Assembly (NCBI GenBank): GCA_029856625.1
Contig: JAHKLG010000012.1
Span: 1-18,996 of the forward strand
Source of the DNA: Candidatus Njordarchaeota archaeon
GTDB lineage: Archaea; Asgardarchaeota; Njordarchaeia; Njordarchaeales; Njordarchaeaceae
Length of the DNA stretch: 18,996 bases
Direction: 5' to 3'
This document shows, piece by piece, positions 7,462 to 15,012 of the stretch. The first letter of the stretch is position 1. Each line of letters begins with the position of its first letter. The position numbers and the translations under genes were made by a program. Below the pieces are notes generated by a model that had not been told where the DNA came from, did no database searches, and saw only the letters and a list, made by a program, of their open reading frames with translations.

Positions 7462-7819
7462 TCGTGACCCCTACTTCCCACTGGATTAACGAAACATATC
7501 CAATAATCACAATATTTAAAAAATTCCTCTAATCGATTTTCTCCAGATGCTCAGCTTAGAAGATTATCAAGCATAGCAAAATTTCTTTACTATTTCTTCT
7601 TTTTTCTACTTCGTGATTATATTCTCTTATCTACAAGTTATAGGTTCATTTTTATCTTTCTCGTACTTAAAGTTTAGAAGTGCGAAGTATTGTATTGAAG
7701 TAAACTCAAAAATAACATCAAGAGAAGTCAAAATGAGCTGTTGACGAGGTACAATTTAATCATAGCTCTGCACAAATAGATACTTTAGCACGGTTTTCCA
7801 AGATTAAATAGAAGTAGAA

Positions 7820-7961
7820 TGGTGGGCCCGGGCGGATTTGAACCGCCGACCTCCCGGTCTCTGAATACCCCCTTAAAGTTCTTCTTGAATTTCTGAAATC
7901 TTTTTTATTGAACTGGAGTATTTATCAGCCGGGCGCTCTAGCCAGGCTGAGCTACGGGCCC
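7820..7961 (-). tRNA. tRNA-Ile(GAU) with a 64-nt intron at 37/38 (intron 7859-7922); CCA encoded
   Basis: The reverse complement folds as GGGCCCG TA GCTC AGCCTGGCTA GAGC G CCCGG CTGATA[64-nt intron]A CCGGG AGGTC GGCGG TTCAAAT CCGCC CGGGCCC A CCA. The BHB is a central helix CTGA/TCAG, bulges TAA and AGA, and an inner helix ATACTCC/GGGGTAT. Confidence 0.9.
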
Positions 7962-8193
7962 ATTTTACTTTAAGCTCCTCTGTCTATATCAATTATTCTA
8001 GCCTTCATATCTGTTTTTAAATTTTTTGCGGTAGATTATTAACAATGCACTCCCCTTACTTCCCTTCTTAATCGTATCCAAGAATTTCCTATTGTTGGCA
8101 AATTAGATGTTTAATTTTCATAATGATTCGTTGATAATTACTGAATTCTGAAGGCCTTAGTAGATCTGGAGTAGTTATCATCATTTGTAGAGG

Positions 8194-9636
8194 ATGTTAG
8201 CCTTGGAGGTCGAACTTAAACGTGGCCAAAAGTGTCTTATTAAAAGTGAGCGAGGCGGCTATTTCTTCATCGTAGAGGGCTTATTAGAAATATTTGGTAT
8301 GCAATTAGGAGCTGGTGAAAAAATATACGTTCCCATTGGGCGAGTTTTTCCTATCCTAGTTATTGAGGATTCTAAGCTTATTCTCGAAAACTGCGATTTA
8401 GTACGCATTAGTGAAGATCTTTTTCCTCCAGAATGGTTTAAGACAATAGAGCGCATACTAAATGCCATGGAGGATAAGAAAAATTTATCCATATGCGTAC
8501 TTGGATACACAGATGTTGGTAAGAGCTCACTTATTCTCTTGCTAACAAATAAATTAGTTAAGAAGGGGTATACTGTAGGGATACTTGATGCAGATATTGG
8601 GCAATCAAAAATTGGTCCCCCTGGAGTTATTGGTGCTGCAATAATTCGCCATCCAGTTCTAGATCTAAGCGATATTCCGATGGAGGTAGGATACTTTATT
8701 GGGGATAAGACGCCAGAAGGACATCTCTTGCCACAAGTGATTGGGGTAAGCAAGTTATTCTCCTTTCTCAGAAATAAGTGTGACGCAATATTAATCGATA
8801 CTACTGGAATGGTTCATGGTGGTCCTGCTAGAGCATTAAAACTGTACAAAGTGGATAATGTTCATCCAGACTTTCTTATAATCTTAGAAAAGTACAGAGA
8901 GGCTGAACACCTTGTAAAACTTCTTCAAAAATCGGCAAATGAGATAATCCGCCTACCATCTCCAAAGACTTTAAAATCAACTGCCCGACCTGCCAGAATA
9001 GCGCTTAGAACATATAGTTTTAAGAAATTCGTAAAAACAGCGCATGAAAAAACTATAGAAGTAAAGTTCAGTGACATCTCTCTTCAAGAATGTGTCTTGG
9101 GAACTGGTTATCCTATCCCGAATCCAGCGAAGGTCTTTGAAGACGTAACAATTTTATGGGCCGAAGTGAGTCCAGACATATTCCTAATAATAACCAGAGA
9201 GCCCAAACATCTGCACGCTAAGGAAGAGCTTACCGCCAAAGCACGAAGGCTGATGGTATCTATAAAAACACTTTTCATAGCCTCTCGGATGAATGTTTCT
9301 AAGGAAACTATAAAACATTCGCCTATTCTTTCTAAAATGGGCGCTGAAAACGTTGAGGCGATCGCTAAAGTGATATTACGAGCGAACATCACGGAAATAC
9401 CGATAAGGATAATCCCAAAAAGTGTATACGAAAATCTTTACATAGGTCTTCTCAATAAGAGCGGGGATTTAATAGCAGTAGGTATTTTAAAAGATATAGA
9501 TTTTCAGCATCAAAAGATGCTAATTAAAGCCCTCTTTTTCAAGAGTCAAAATGATATTGCAATCATCCGGATGGGTTACCTAAAATTAAACGATAACTGG
9601 GAAGAAATCGGAAAAAGGAGAATTGGCGTGGGATAA
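8194..9636 (+). CDS. Clp1/Grc3-family polynucleotide 5'-hydroxyl kinase (COG1341-like), three-domain form
   Basis: Walker A is VLGYTDVGKSSL, followed by GILDADIGQS and the lid/Walker B-like LIDTTGMVHG. The N-terminal segment LKRGQKCLIKSERGGYFFIVEGLLEIFGMQL resembles the eukaryotic Clp1 N-domain (G.aEifG). About 150 aa of C-terminal region follow. Confidence 0.75.
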   Translation: MLALEVELKRGQKCLIKSERGGYFFIVEGLLEIFGMQLGAGEKIYVPIGRVFPILVIEDSKLILENCDLVRISEDLFPPEWFKTIERILNAMEDKKNLSICVLGYTDVGKSSLILLLTNKLVKKGYTVGILDADIGQSKIGPPGVIGAAIIRHPVLDLSDIPMEVGYFIGDKTPEGHLLPQVIGVSKLFSFLRNKCDAILIDTTGMVHGGPARALKLYKVDNVHPDFLIILEKYREAEHLVKLLQKSANEIIRLPSPKTLKSTARPARIALRTYSFKKFVKTAHEKTIEVKFSDISLQECVLGTGYPIPNPAKVFEDVTILWAEVSPDIFLIITREPKHLHAKEELTAKARRLMVSIKTLFIASRMNVSKETIKHSPILSKMGAENVEAIAKVILRANITEIPIRIIPKSVYENLYIGLLNKSGDLIAVGILKDIDFQHQKMLIKALFFKSQNDIAIIRMGYLKLNDNWEEIGKRRIGVG

Positions 9637-9987
9637 CTTTTGATTGTAGTCAAATCGGACAATTTGACTATAATTAATTGCGGGGATTCAGAGGTATCTA
9701 CTGATGAACATGAATCTTGCTTTTTATAGAGTTTAGTTAGAAAATAGTGTGAATATTTGATATACCGGAGAGCAGATTAATTGTATGGCTTAATTAGAGA
9801 TATCCGCAAAAAGTATGTACATCTTTCCATTTATTAACAAATGATAAGATAAACTCAAATAGGCTGAGAATTTAGAGTTAAAAAAGTATTTTATTGATAG
9901 CAGTTTTATTATATGTGATAGTTAGCGATTATCTGAGCAATAATTTTTTATCTCGTCTGACATAGATAATATTCTCTGCAGATAAGC

Positions 9988-10091
9988 GGGCCCGTAGCTC
10001 AGTAGGAGAGAGCGGCGGCCTCCTAACTGCTGAGTGATAAATTGCGGGAGAGAGCCGTCGGTCGCGGGTTCGAGTCCCGCCGGGCCCGCCA
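9988..10091 (+). tRNA. tRNA-Arg(CCU) with a 27-nt intron at 37/38 (intron 10026-10052); CCA encoded
   Basis: It folds as GGGCCCG TA GCTC AGTAGGAGA GAGC G GCGGC CTCCTA[intron]A GCCGT CGGTC GCGGG TTCGAGT CCCGC CGGGCCC G CCA. The BHB has a central helix CTCC (10020-10023) / GGAG (10047-10050) and bulges TAA (10024-10026) and AGA (10051-10053). Confidence 0.9.
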
Positions 10092-10100
10092 TTCTTTCTC

Positions 10101-10928
10101 TTAAAGTTCAAGGTAAATGTATTTCGCAATATCCGTATCAGTTATAACTCCCTCTAATTTCATTGTTTCTGGAGATAATACTACCGCAGCTCCCTTTGTT
10201 TTTCTTCTTAAAACTTCCTTAGCAAATTCTTTAATAGGATATTCCGGCAACACATATACTGGTCCTTTCATAATATCCCCTACTGTTATCTCTCTGATCA
10301 GTTTATCTGGATGCCTATGCTTAGGATCTAAGAAAATTCTCATTAGAAAGCGCGACAATACATGAATATCAACGTAACCTACTAGCTTATCACCAGACAC
10401 TATAGGAAGAGTGCTTATATTATTCTCTCGCATTATTTGTTCAGCGCCAGTTATTTTTGTTCCGCTTGGAGCTACGATGAGTTCTTCTCGGGGAGTCATG
10501 AGTTCTCTTACAGCTTTCTGGGGTAATAAATCGATCTTTCTGAGGAGTTCTCTCTTTGTAACTATACCTATTATTTCCTCATCCTTAGTCACTAATATGC
10601 TGGAAATGTTCTTATTAAGCATAATTTCACATGCTTCCTTTATTGTGGCGTTTTCACTGATTGTTATTAGCTTTTCTGTCATCAGGCTTGATACATGAAG
10701 CTTGGCGATATGTTTTCTTCGAGCCCTATCTGTAAGGATCCTTAGAAAATCACGGTAGGAAACTATTCCAACTGGTCGATCATCTTCTGTGACCACTAAA
10801 TGGGTATCCTTTCTACTTTCCAACGTCCAGTAAGCCTGGGGTATTAGGTCATCCTTATCTATCATGGTGTATTTGCGCATGAAATCCTTAACTAGAAGAG
10901 AAGAGCTATTCATCTTTCTCATCTCCAT
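10101..10928 (-). CDS. CBS-domain protein (four tandem CBS motifs)
   Basis: CBS-like units recur, for example VVTEDDRPVGIVSYRDFLR, LVTKDEEIIGIVTKRELLR, PIVSGDKLVGYVDIHVL and VLSPETMKLEGVITDTDI. The start overlaps the NFACT stop, and Met3 or Met6 may be the real start. Confidence 0.85.
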   Translation of the reverse strand: MEMRKMNSSSLLVKDFMRKYTMIDKDDLIPQAYWTLESRKDTHLVVTEDDRPVGIVSYRDFLRILTDRARRKHIAKLHVSSLMTEKLITISENATIKEACEIMLNKNISSILVTKDEEIIGIVTKRELLRKIDLLPQKAVRELMTPREELIVAPSGTKITGAEQIMRENNISTLPIVSGDKLVGYVDIHVLSRFLMRIFLDPKHRHPDKLIREITVGDIMKGPVYVLPEYPIKEFAKEVLRRKTKGAAVVLSPETMKLEGVITDTDIAKYIYLEL

Positions 10929-12930
10929 TCTCTAAGATTTTAGAAGGTCCTGGAATAAGGTCTATAATCCTCTCTACTTTTACACTTTTTATGGCTTTTA
11001 ACTTTACAGGATCATTCTCTGCTTTTCTTGACAATTTTTCAATTATCTTTCTCGCAATGGCACTTTTTTTCCAATCACCTGGAACTAAAATCACGTAAAG
11101 ATCTGTCTCTCTACTAATTGCATCGGGAGGACCGGATAAGATGTCAACGATTACTTCATCATTTACTCTTTCAACTTTGATTCCTATTGCTAACTTCAGA
11201 GAGACGTTCCTTAAGTAATTTTTTTCTCTAATTATGAATGCTCCTGTTGGCCTATACATGCCGGATGGAGGTGTTAAAGAAACTTTATCTGAGGGGGTCC
11301 AAAAAACATCAACCGCTGTTAATCCCTTGTTCCATGCCTTTGATCTCGCGGCAGCGAACATGGCCGCCTCCAGTATGGTTCTCTCTGGTATTTCTACACC
11401 CTTAGGATTCTTAATAATGACCGCTGATCCACCGTGTATCTCCGCGTGTAGGAATAAGTCGTTCTTATCTAAATATTTCCTTACAAGCCTTTCATTTGAT
11501 GACGCATCTTTACCCGCTACTACTAAGAAACCATCGCTTGAAATGAACCAATAAAAAGAGTCATACCATTGTTTTGGACGAGCCTTAATGATTATCCTCT
11601 CTTCCTCTAATTGCTTCCTGATTTTTTCCTCTAGTCTTTCGAGTTCTTCAAGCGATTTTTTAAGCTCTTTCTCAGCTGTAGATATTTTTTCCCGAGTCTT
11701 TTTGGCCTTCTTATAGTATTCTTCAGCAATTTCATGAAGATCTTTTCTTATGTCAAGTACTATAACTTCGGAGTTTAGTTTTACGAAAATGCGTCCATCA
11801 CGGCTTATTTTTTCAATCATTAGTGCCTCTTTTATTCCTTTTTTCTTTCCATCCTCAATTCTCTTTAGTATTTCATCCCATTCTAGCTTTTTCTCAAGTC
11901 TTGCCCGTTTTATCGTATCATGAATCTGCTGAAGAATTCTCAAATTCTCATAAATTTTCTCAGCTATCCTTTTAGCGCGTTCTTCCTCTTTTTTTAATTC
12001 GTCTATTCTTTCTTTTTGCGCTTTGATTCTTCCAAGTAGCTTCTTTCTCTCCCGCCTCAGCATAGCAAGAAATTCAGTCTCCGGTTTTTCAGCATATAAT
12101 CTCGGGAAGAAGAAATCTAATGCGTCACTGAAGTTCTGGAATTTCTTTACTTCATATTCATTGGTTTCAAAGAAATGCAATTTAATCGGGGCAAAGGCTA
12201 CAACTTTATCATCTCTAAAATATACACGCGGAGAGAGTATGTTTTCACAAATTTCATCAAGAATATTTCTCACAGTTTCGTAAATCGCCTTAAGATTTTC
12301 TCTTGATAATTCTGTAGGTTTTTCATTACAATCAATTCCAGCCCTAAAACATGCTTCTAATGCATACTTCTTTCCAATTCCGATTTTTAATAAGCCATGT
12401 AAGGTTGTTTTGCCGCTCATGATCTTTTCTTGAAACGACTCAAATGGAATTTTTCTTGGATCTTCTGGGCTCTGAGGAGGATACTTAAAATGGGCTCCAG
12501 GGTAAATTGAGCGGTCTCTCATATGGACATGTTCTAGTGCGAAGAGAATTTTATCATCTCGAGCAACTATAAAGTTGCCCCGTGGTATGATCTCAGCGAT
12601 TATTCGATAACCGTCAGCTAATTGTATCTCCACTATTCTATCGAACCTATATTGCCTTACTGCTTCTATTACCTTGTTATTAATATGTTTTCTGATCATA
12701 AGAACAAAGTTTGTAGCCCGCCAGTTTATCACAGCGTTTGTAAAATGAATCCGTATACTAGGCTCAATTAATAGGAGTCTATTGCCTCCTGGGGATCTAA
12801 TTTTAAGACCAATAAGCTTCTCACACTGGTATACATTATCAATGATTCCGCCCTCCAATATTTTTAATTCCTTTAAAATTGCTAATATGTCTGGAGAAGA
12901 CATGCTTGTATCGCGATACATCACAAACAC
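10906..12930 (-). CDS. NFACT-family protein (FbpA/RqcH/Rqc2 homolog, ribosome quality control)
   Basis: The 674-aa ORF has an N-terminal NFACT-N-like region and a central Lys/Glu-rich coiled coil. The NFACT-R (DUF814) core reads WFISSDGFLVVAGKDASSNERLVRKYLDKNDLFLHAEIHGGSAVIIKN. The true start may be Met10 at 12903. Confidence 0.85.
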   Translation of the reverse strand: MFVMYRDTSMSSPDILAILKELKILEGGIIDNVYQCEKLIGLKIRSPGGNRLLLIEPSIRIHFTNAVINWRATNFVLMIRKHINNKVIEAVRQYRFDRIVEIQLADGYRIIAEIIPRGNFIVARDDKILFALEHVHMRDRSIYPGAHFKYPPQSPEDPRKIPFESFQEKIMSGKTTLHGLLKIGIGKKYALEACFRAGIDCNEKPTELSRENLKAIYETVRNILDEICENILSPRVYFRDDKVVAFAPIKLHFFETNEYEVKKFQNFSDALDFFFPRLYAEKPETEFLAMLRRERKKLLGRIKAQKERIDELKKEEERAKRIAEKIYENLRILQQIHDTIKRARLEKKLEWDEILKRIEDGKKKGIKEALMIEKISRDGRIFVKLNSEVIVLDIRKDLHEIAEEYYKKAKKTREKISTAEKELKKSLEELERLEEKIRKQLEEERIIIKARPKQWYDSFYWFISSDGFLVVAGKDASSNERLVRKYLDKNDLFLHAEIHGGSAVIIKNPKGVEIPERTILEAAMFAAARSKAWNKGLTAVDVFWTPSDKVSLTPPSGMYRPTGAFIIREKNYLRNVSLKLAIGIKVERVNDEVIVDILSGPPDAISRETDLYVILVPGDWKKSAIARKIIEKLSRKAENDPVKLKAIKSVKVERIIDLIPGPSKILENGDEKDE

Positions 12931-12960
12931 CTACTCGGTTATAAGGGAGGTTAAATAATA

Positions 12961-13248
12961 ATGAGTAAAGTTGTGAGTAAAGAGAAAAATGCGGAGAGAA
13001 TGGAGGATATTTTTACAATGACAAAAATGATCATAGGTCTAATTGTGGGGGCAATATTAGGAGTGCTCGATGTAACTGGAATTCATGGTTTCTTGATCGC
13101 GATAGCTGTTCTAGCGCTCGTAATTACTATTTTTAGACTCTTCACGCCTCTTCGTCAGTTCTCTCTCGCTAGGATGATCTTCTGGGATGGAACTTTTAGT
13201 TATTTCATTCTCATGATATTTACTTGGACCATTTTATGGAACTTATGA
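12961..13248 (+). CDS. Small multi-pass membrane protein, EMC6/Rab5ip-like
   Basis: The 95-aa ORF has a GGGAGG Shine-Dalgarno-like motif at 12944-12949 and two to three hydrophobic helices. GAILGVLDVTGIHGF and the C-terminal F.WT.LW resemble human EMC6 ([15 protein letters not shown] ... LFWTFLYG), quoted from memory. Confidence 0.6.
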   Translation: MSKVVSKEKNAERMEDIFTMTKMIIGLIVGAILGVLDVTGIHGFLIAIAVLALVITIFRLFTPLRQFSLARMIFWDGTFSYFILMIFTWTILWNL

Positions 13249-13275
13249 TCGAGAAAATCGAATGTTTCTTCAGTT

Positions 13276-13515
13276 TTAATCCTCAATTATTTCTACCCAT
13301 AGGATATTATTGCCTCTTATTAAGGTAACACCCCAGCGAACTTTTGGATTTAAGTTTTCGTCCAACTCAACGGTGTCTGACAAGACTACATTCATGTATT
13401 CATCTAAGGCTATTAACTGTCCCTCATATGATGAGTTATCTTTTAGCCTTATGCGGACTTTTTTATTAATAGCTGACCTTAGTACAGCCAAAGGCAGTTT
13501 AGGCAAGTAACACAC
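13276..13515 (-). CDS. Sm-like archaeal protein (LSm/SmAP)
   Basis: Sm1 and Sm2 motifs are present: VRIRLKDNSSYEGQLIALDEYMNVVLSD...TLIRGNNILWV. The listed start is GTG. TTG at 13506, about 7 nt after GGTG, is an alternative. The gene lies directly downstream of P1. Confidence 0.9.
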   Translation of the reverse strand: MCYLPKLPLAVLRSAINKKVRIRLKDNSSYEGQLIALDEYMNVVLSDTVELDENLNPKVRWGVTLIRGNNILWVEIIED

Positions 13516-13520
13516 CTAAT

Positions 13521-13874
13521 CTATCCGAATAATGCTGCTAAGCCTGCTAATGTCTCCTCTTCTTCTTCCTTCTTCTCTTCTTTCTTTTCCTCTTTCTTCT
13601 CTTCCTTCTTCTCCTCCTCAGCCTTTGGGGCCTCGGGAGCAGCTGGAGCAGCAGCTGGGGCCGCTACTGGCGCAAATAACGCTTTTGATTTGATTTCCTC
13701 TATGTTTACTTTGGAAAGAGCGGACGCCACAGCTTTAGCGAATCCCTCATCAATTTCAGGGATTCCCGCTGCCTTCAAGATAGAAATTATTCCGTCGGGG
13801 GTTATCTCTTTTCCATTTTCATGCAAGATCAGCGCCGCATAGATGTAAGACATGTTTGTCATAAGTCTCACCAT
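13521..13874 (-). CDS. rpl12: Ribosomal stalk protein P1 (aL12)
   Basis: The ORF contains [30 protein letters not shown]...Ala/Pro hinge...EEKKEEKK...[10 protein letters not shown]. The real start is probably an internal Met at 13862 or 13853. Confidence 0.9.
   Translation of the reverse strand: MVRLMTNMSYIYAALILHENGKEITPDGIISILKAAGIPEIDEGFAKAVASALSKVNIEEIKSKALFAPVAAPAAAPAAPEAPKAEEEKKEEKKEEKKEEKKEEEEETLAGLAALFG
13523..13652 (-). repeat. Direct repeat copy 1 (P1 3' end), identical to 13953-14079 apart from one 3-nt indel
   Basis: I aligned the two stretches base by base. They are identical from ATCCGAATAATGCTGC... to ...GCTGGAGCAGC, apart from one extra TTC in this copy. Confidence 0.9.
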
Positions 13875-13950
13875 TTTTTATCCATATTTTCCAGCTCAAA
13901 ATGGGATAAAAAGTTATCACGATAACATTAGCTTAAAAAATTTATTTATT

Positions 13951-15009
13951 TCATCCGAATAATGCTGCTAAGCCTGCTAATGTCTCCTCTTCTTCCTTCT
14001 TCTCTTCTTTCTTTTCCTCTTTCTTCTCTTCCTTCTTCTCCTCCTCAGCCTTTGGGGCCTCGGGAGCAGCTGGAGCAGCCGGAGCTACTGCTAGTGCTCT
14101 GAGTTCTTCAGGTACAGCATTAGGTGCTTCCTTGATTATTTCGGATAGAGCAACCCTTGCCACATTTAAAGCTCTAATGATAATTAGTTCCGCAGTGTCT
14201 GGTATGGGTAAAACTGTTTCTACAGCTAAAGAAATGGCATGCATGAAGGCAACACCTATGATGTTCTCGATGGCTTCTGGGACGGGTAATGCAGTATTAA
14301 CAGCGATATTTAATGCTTCACTATAAGCCTGTTCAACTAGTTTTTCATATTCCTCAATGGGCTTAAGCAGAATTTCTGGTTGTATTATTATTCCCGAGTC
14401 GAATCCACAAATTATTTTAGGTTGTACGATGAACGGGTTAATGTCGAGAAGTTGCATAACTTTAACAGCTTGCGAGGAAAGTCTCTGACCTTTCTTAACA
14501 AGAGTGGTTTCCTGCATTATAAATAGTTCTCCGTCAATAATTCTTACTGGTAAACCAGCTAGTCTAAGGTCAGTCATTGCTGGTCCGGGTCTGAGACCAG
14601 TGGAACCCTTAGGAATTATAATATCAATGGGTGAGATTTTACCTGGACGAGGAGGCTTTGTTTCTTTTTCCTCAGTAATCATTCTAGCTATCTCGAACAG
14701 ATCACCATCCGTAAATACAAAAGCTCGCATACCTTCTAGGTAATCCTTTACTCTAGCTAATTCGGGTTTCTTATTGAGTAAGGCATCAATTGCCTTCTTA
14801 GTTAAAGTGTTTTTAACAACGATGAGTTCCGCCTTACCACGTAGCTTTCTTCTTAACCTATGCATTAAATTAGCAGAAACTTCATGGAAGTCAATAATGA
14901 GGAATTTCGAATATCTCTCTAGGAGATTCTTTATTCTTTCCAGTTTCTTTACTTTCTCTAGTGGAACGGGTTTCTTCCGCTTATACATCAATAATGACAT
15001 ATGAAGCAC
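13951..15009 (-). CDS. rplP0: Ribosomal stalk protein P0 (uL10)
   Basis: The ORF contains YKRKKPVPLEKVKKLERIKNLLERYSKFLIIDFHEVSANLMHRLRRKLRGKAELIVVKNTL... and ends in the same tail as P1. The listed start is GTG. ATG at 15000 lies 6 nt after GAGGTG and is the more likely start. Confidence 0.9.
   Translation of the reverse strand: MLHMSLLMYKRKKPVPLEKVKKLERIKNLLERYSKFLIIDFHEVSANLMHRLRRKLRGKAELIVVKNTLTKKAIDALLNKKPELARVKDYLEGMRAFVFTDGDLFEIARMITEEKETKPPRPGKISPIDIIIPKGSTGLRPGPAMTDLRLAGLPVRIIDGELFIMQETTLVKKGQRLSSQAVKVMQLLDINPFIVQPKIICGFDSGIIIQPEILLKPIEEYEKLVEQAYSEALNIAVNTALPVPEAIENIIGVAFMHAISLAVETVLPIPDTAELIIIRALNVARVALSEIIKEAPNAVPEELRALAVAPAAPAAPEAPKAEEEKKEEKKEEKKEEKKEEEETLAGLAALFG
13953..14079 (-). 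repeat. Direct repeat copy 2 (P0 3' end)
   Basis: See copy 1. The identity is at the nucleotide level, including synonymous positions. Confidence 0.9.
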
Positions 15010-15012
15010 CTC

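Noticed and set aside
7462-7819. A ~360-nt ORF-free AT-rich spacer upstream of uL11 (and a similar ~350-nt spacer at 9637-9987), checked for small ORFs and ncRNA signatures.
   Set aside because: The longest reading frames I found on the minus strand were about 10-14 codons. There is no GC island, box motif or repeat. These are probably promoter/spacer DNA, although expression data could still reveal something.
8130-8193. A minus-strand ATGATGA (complement of 8177-8184) as a C box, with CTGA motifs on the plus strand nearby.
   Set aside because: No D box lies on the same strand at the right distance. The region is more simply the Clp1 promoter/5' region.
9647-9670. A 9-bp inverted repeat TAGTCAAAT-CGGACA-ATTTGACTA 11 nt after the Clp1 stop.
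   Set aside because: It is real as a repeat, but it is short and AT-rich and has no adjacent oligo-T. It could be a minor terminator or stability hairpin, and nothing supports a stronger claim.
9700-9960. TGATGA at 9703-9709 and ATGATAA...CTGA / TGATAG...CTGA motifs in the Clp1-tRNA-Arg spacer.
   Set aside because: The box spacings do not fit the 12-nt guide rule, the guides are AT-rich, and there is no terminal stem.
9929-10129. A 66-aa minus-strand ORF, and a 76-aa ORF at 15736-15966.
   Set aside because: They run through tRNA-Arg(CCU) and tRNA-Thr(CGU) respectively. The GC-rich tRNA sequence keeps the frame open by chance.
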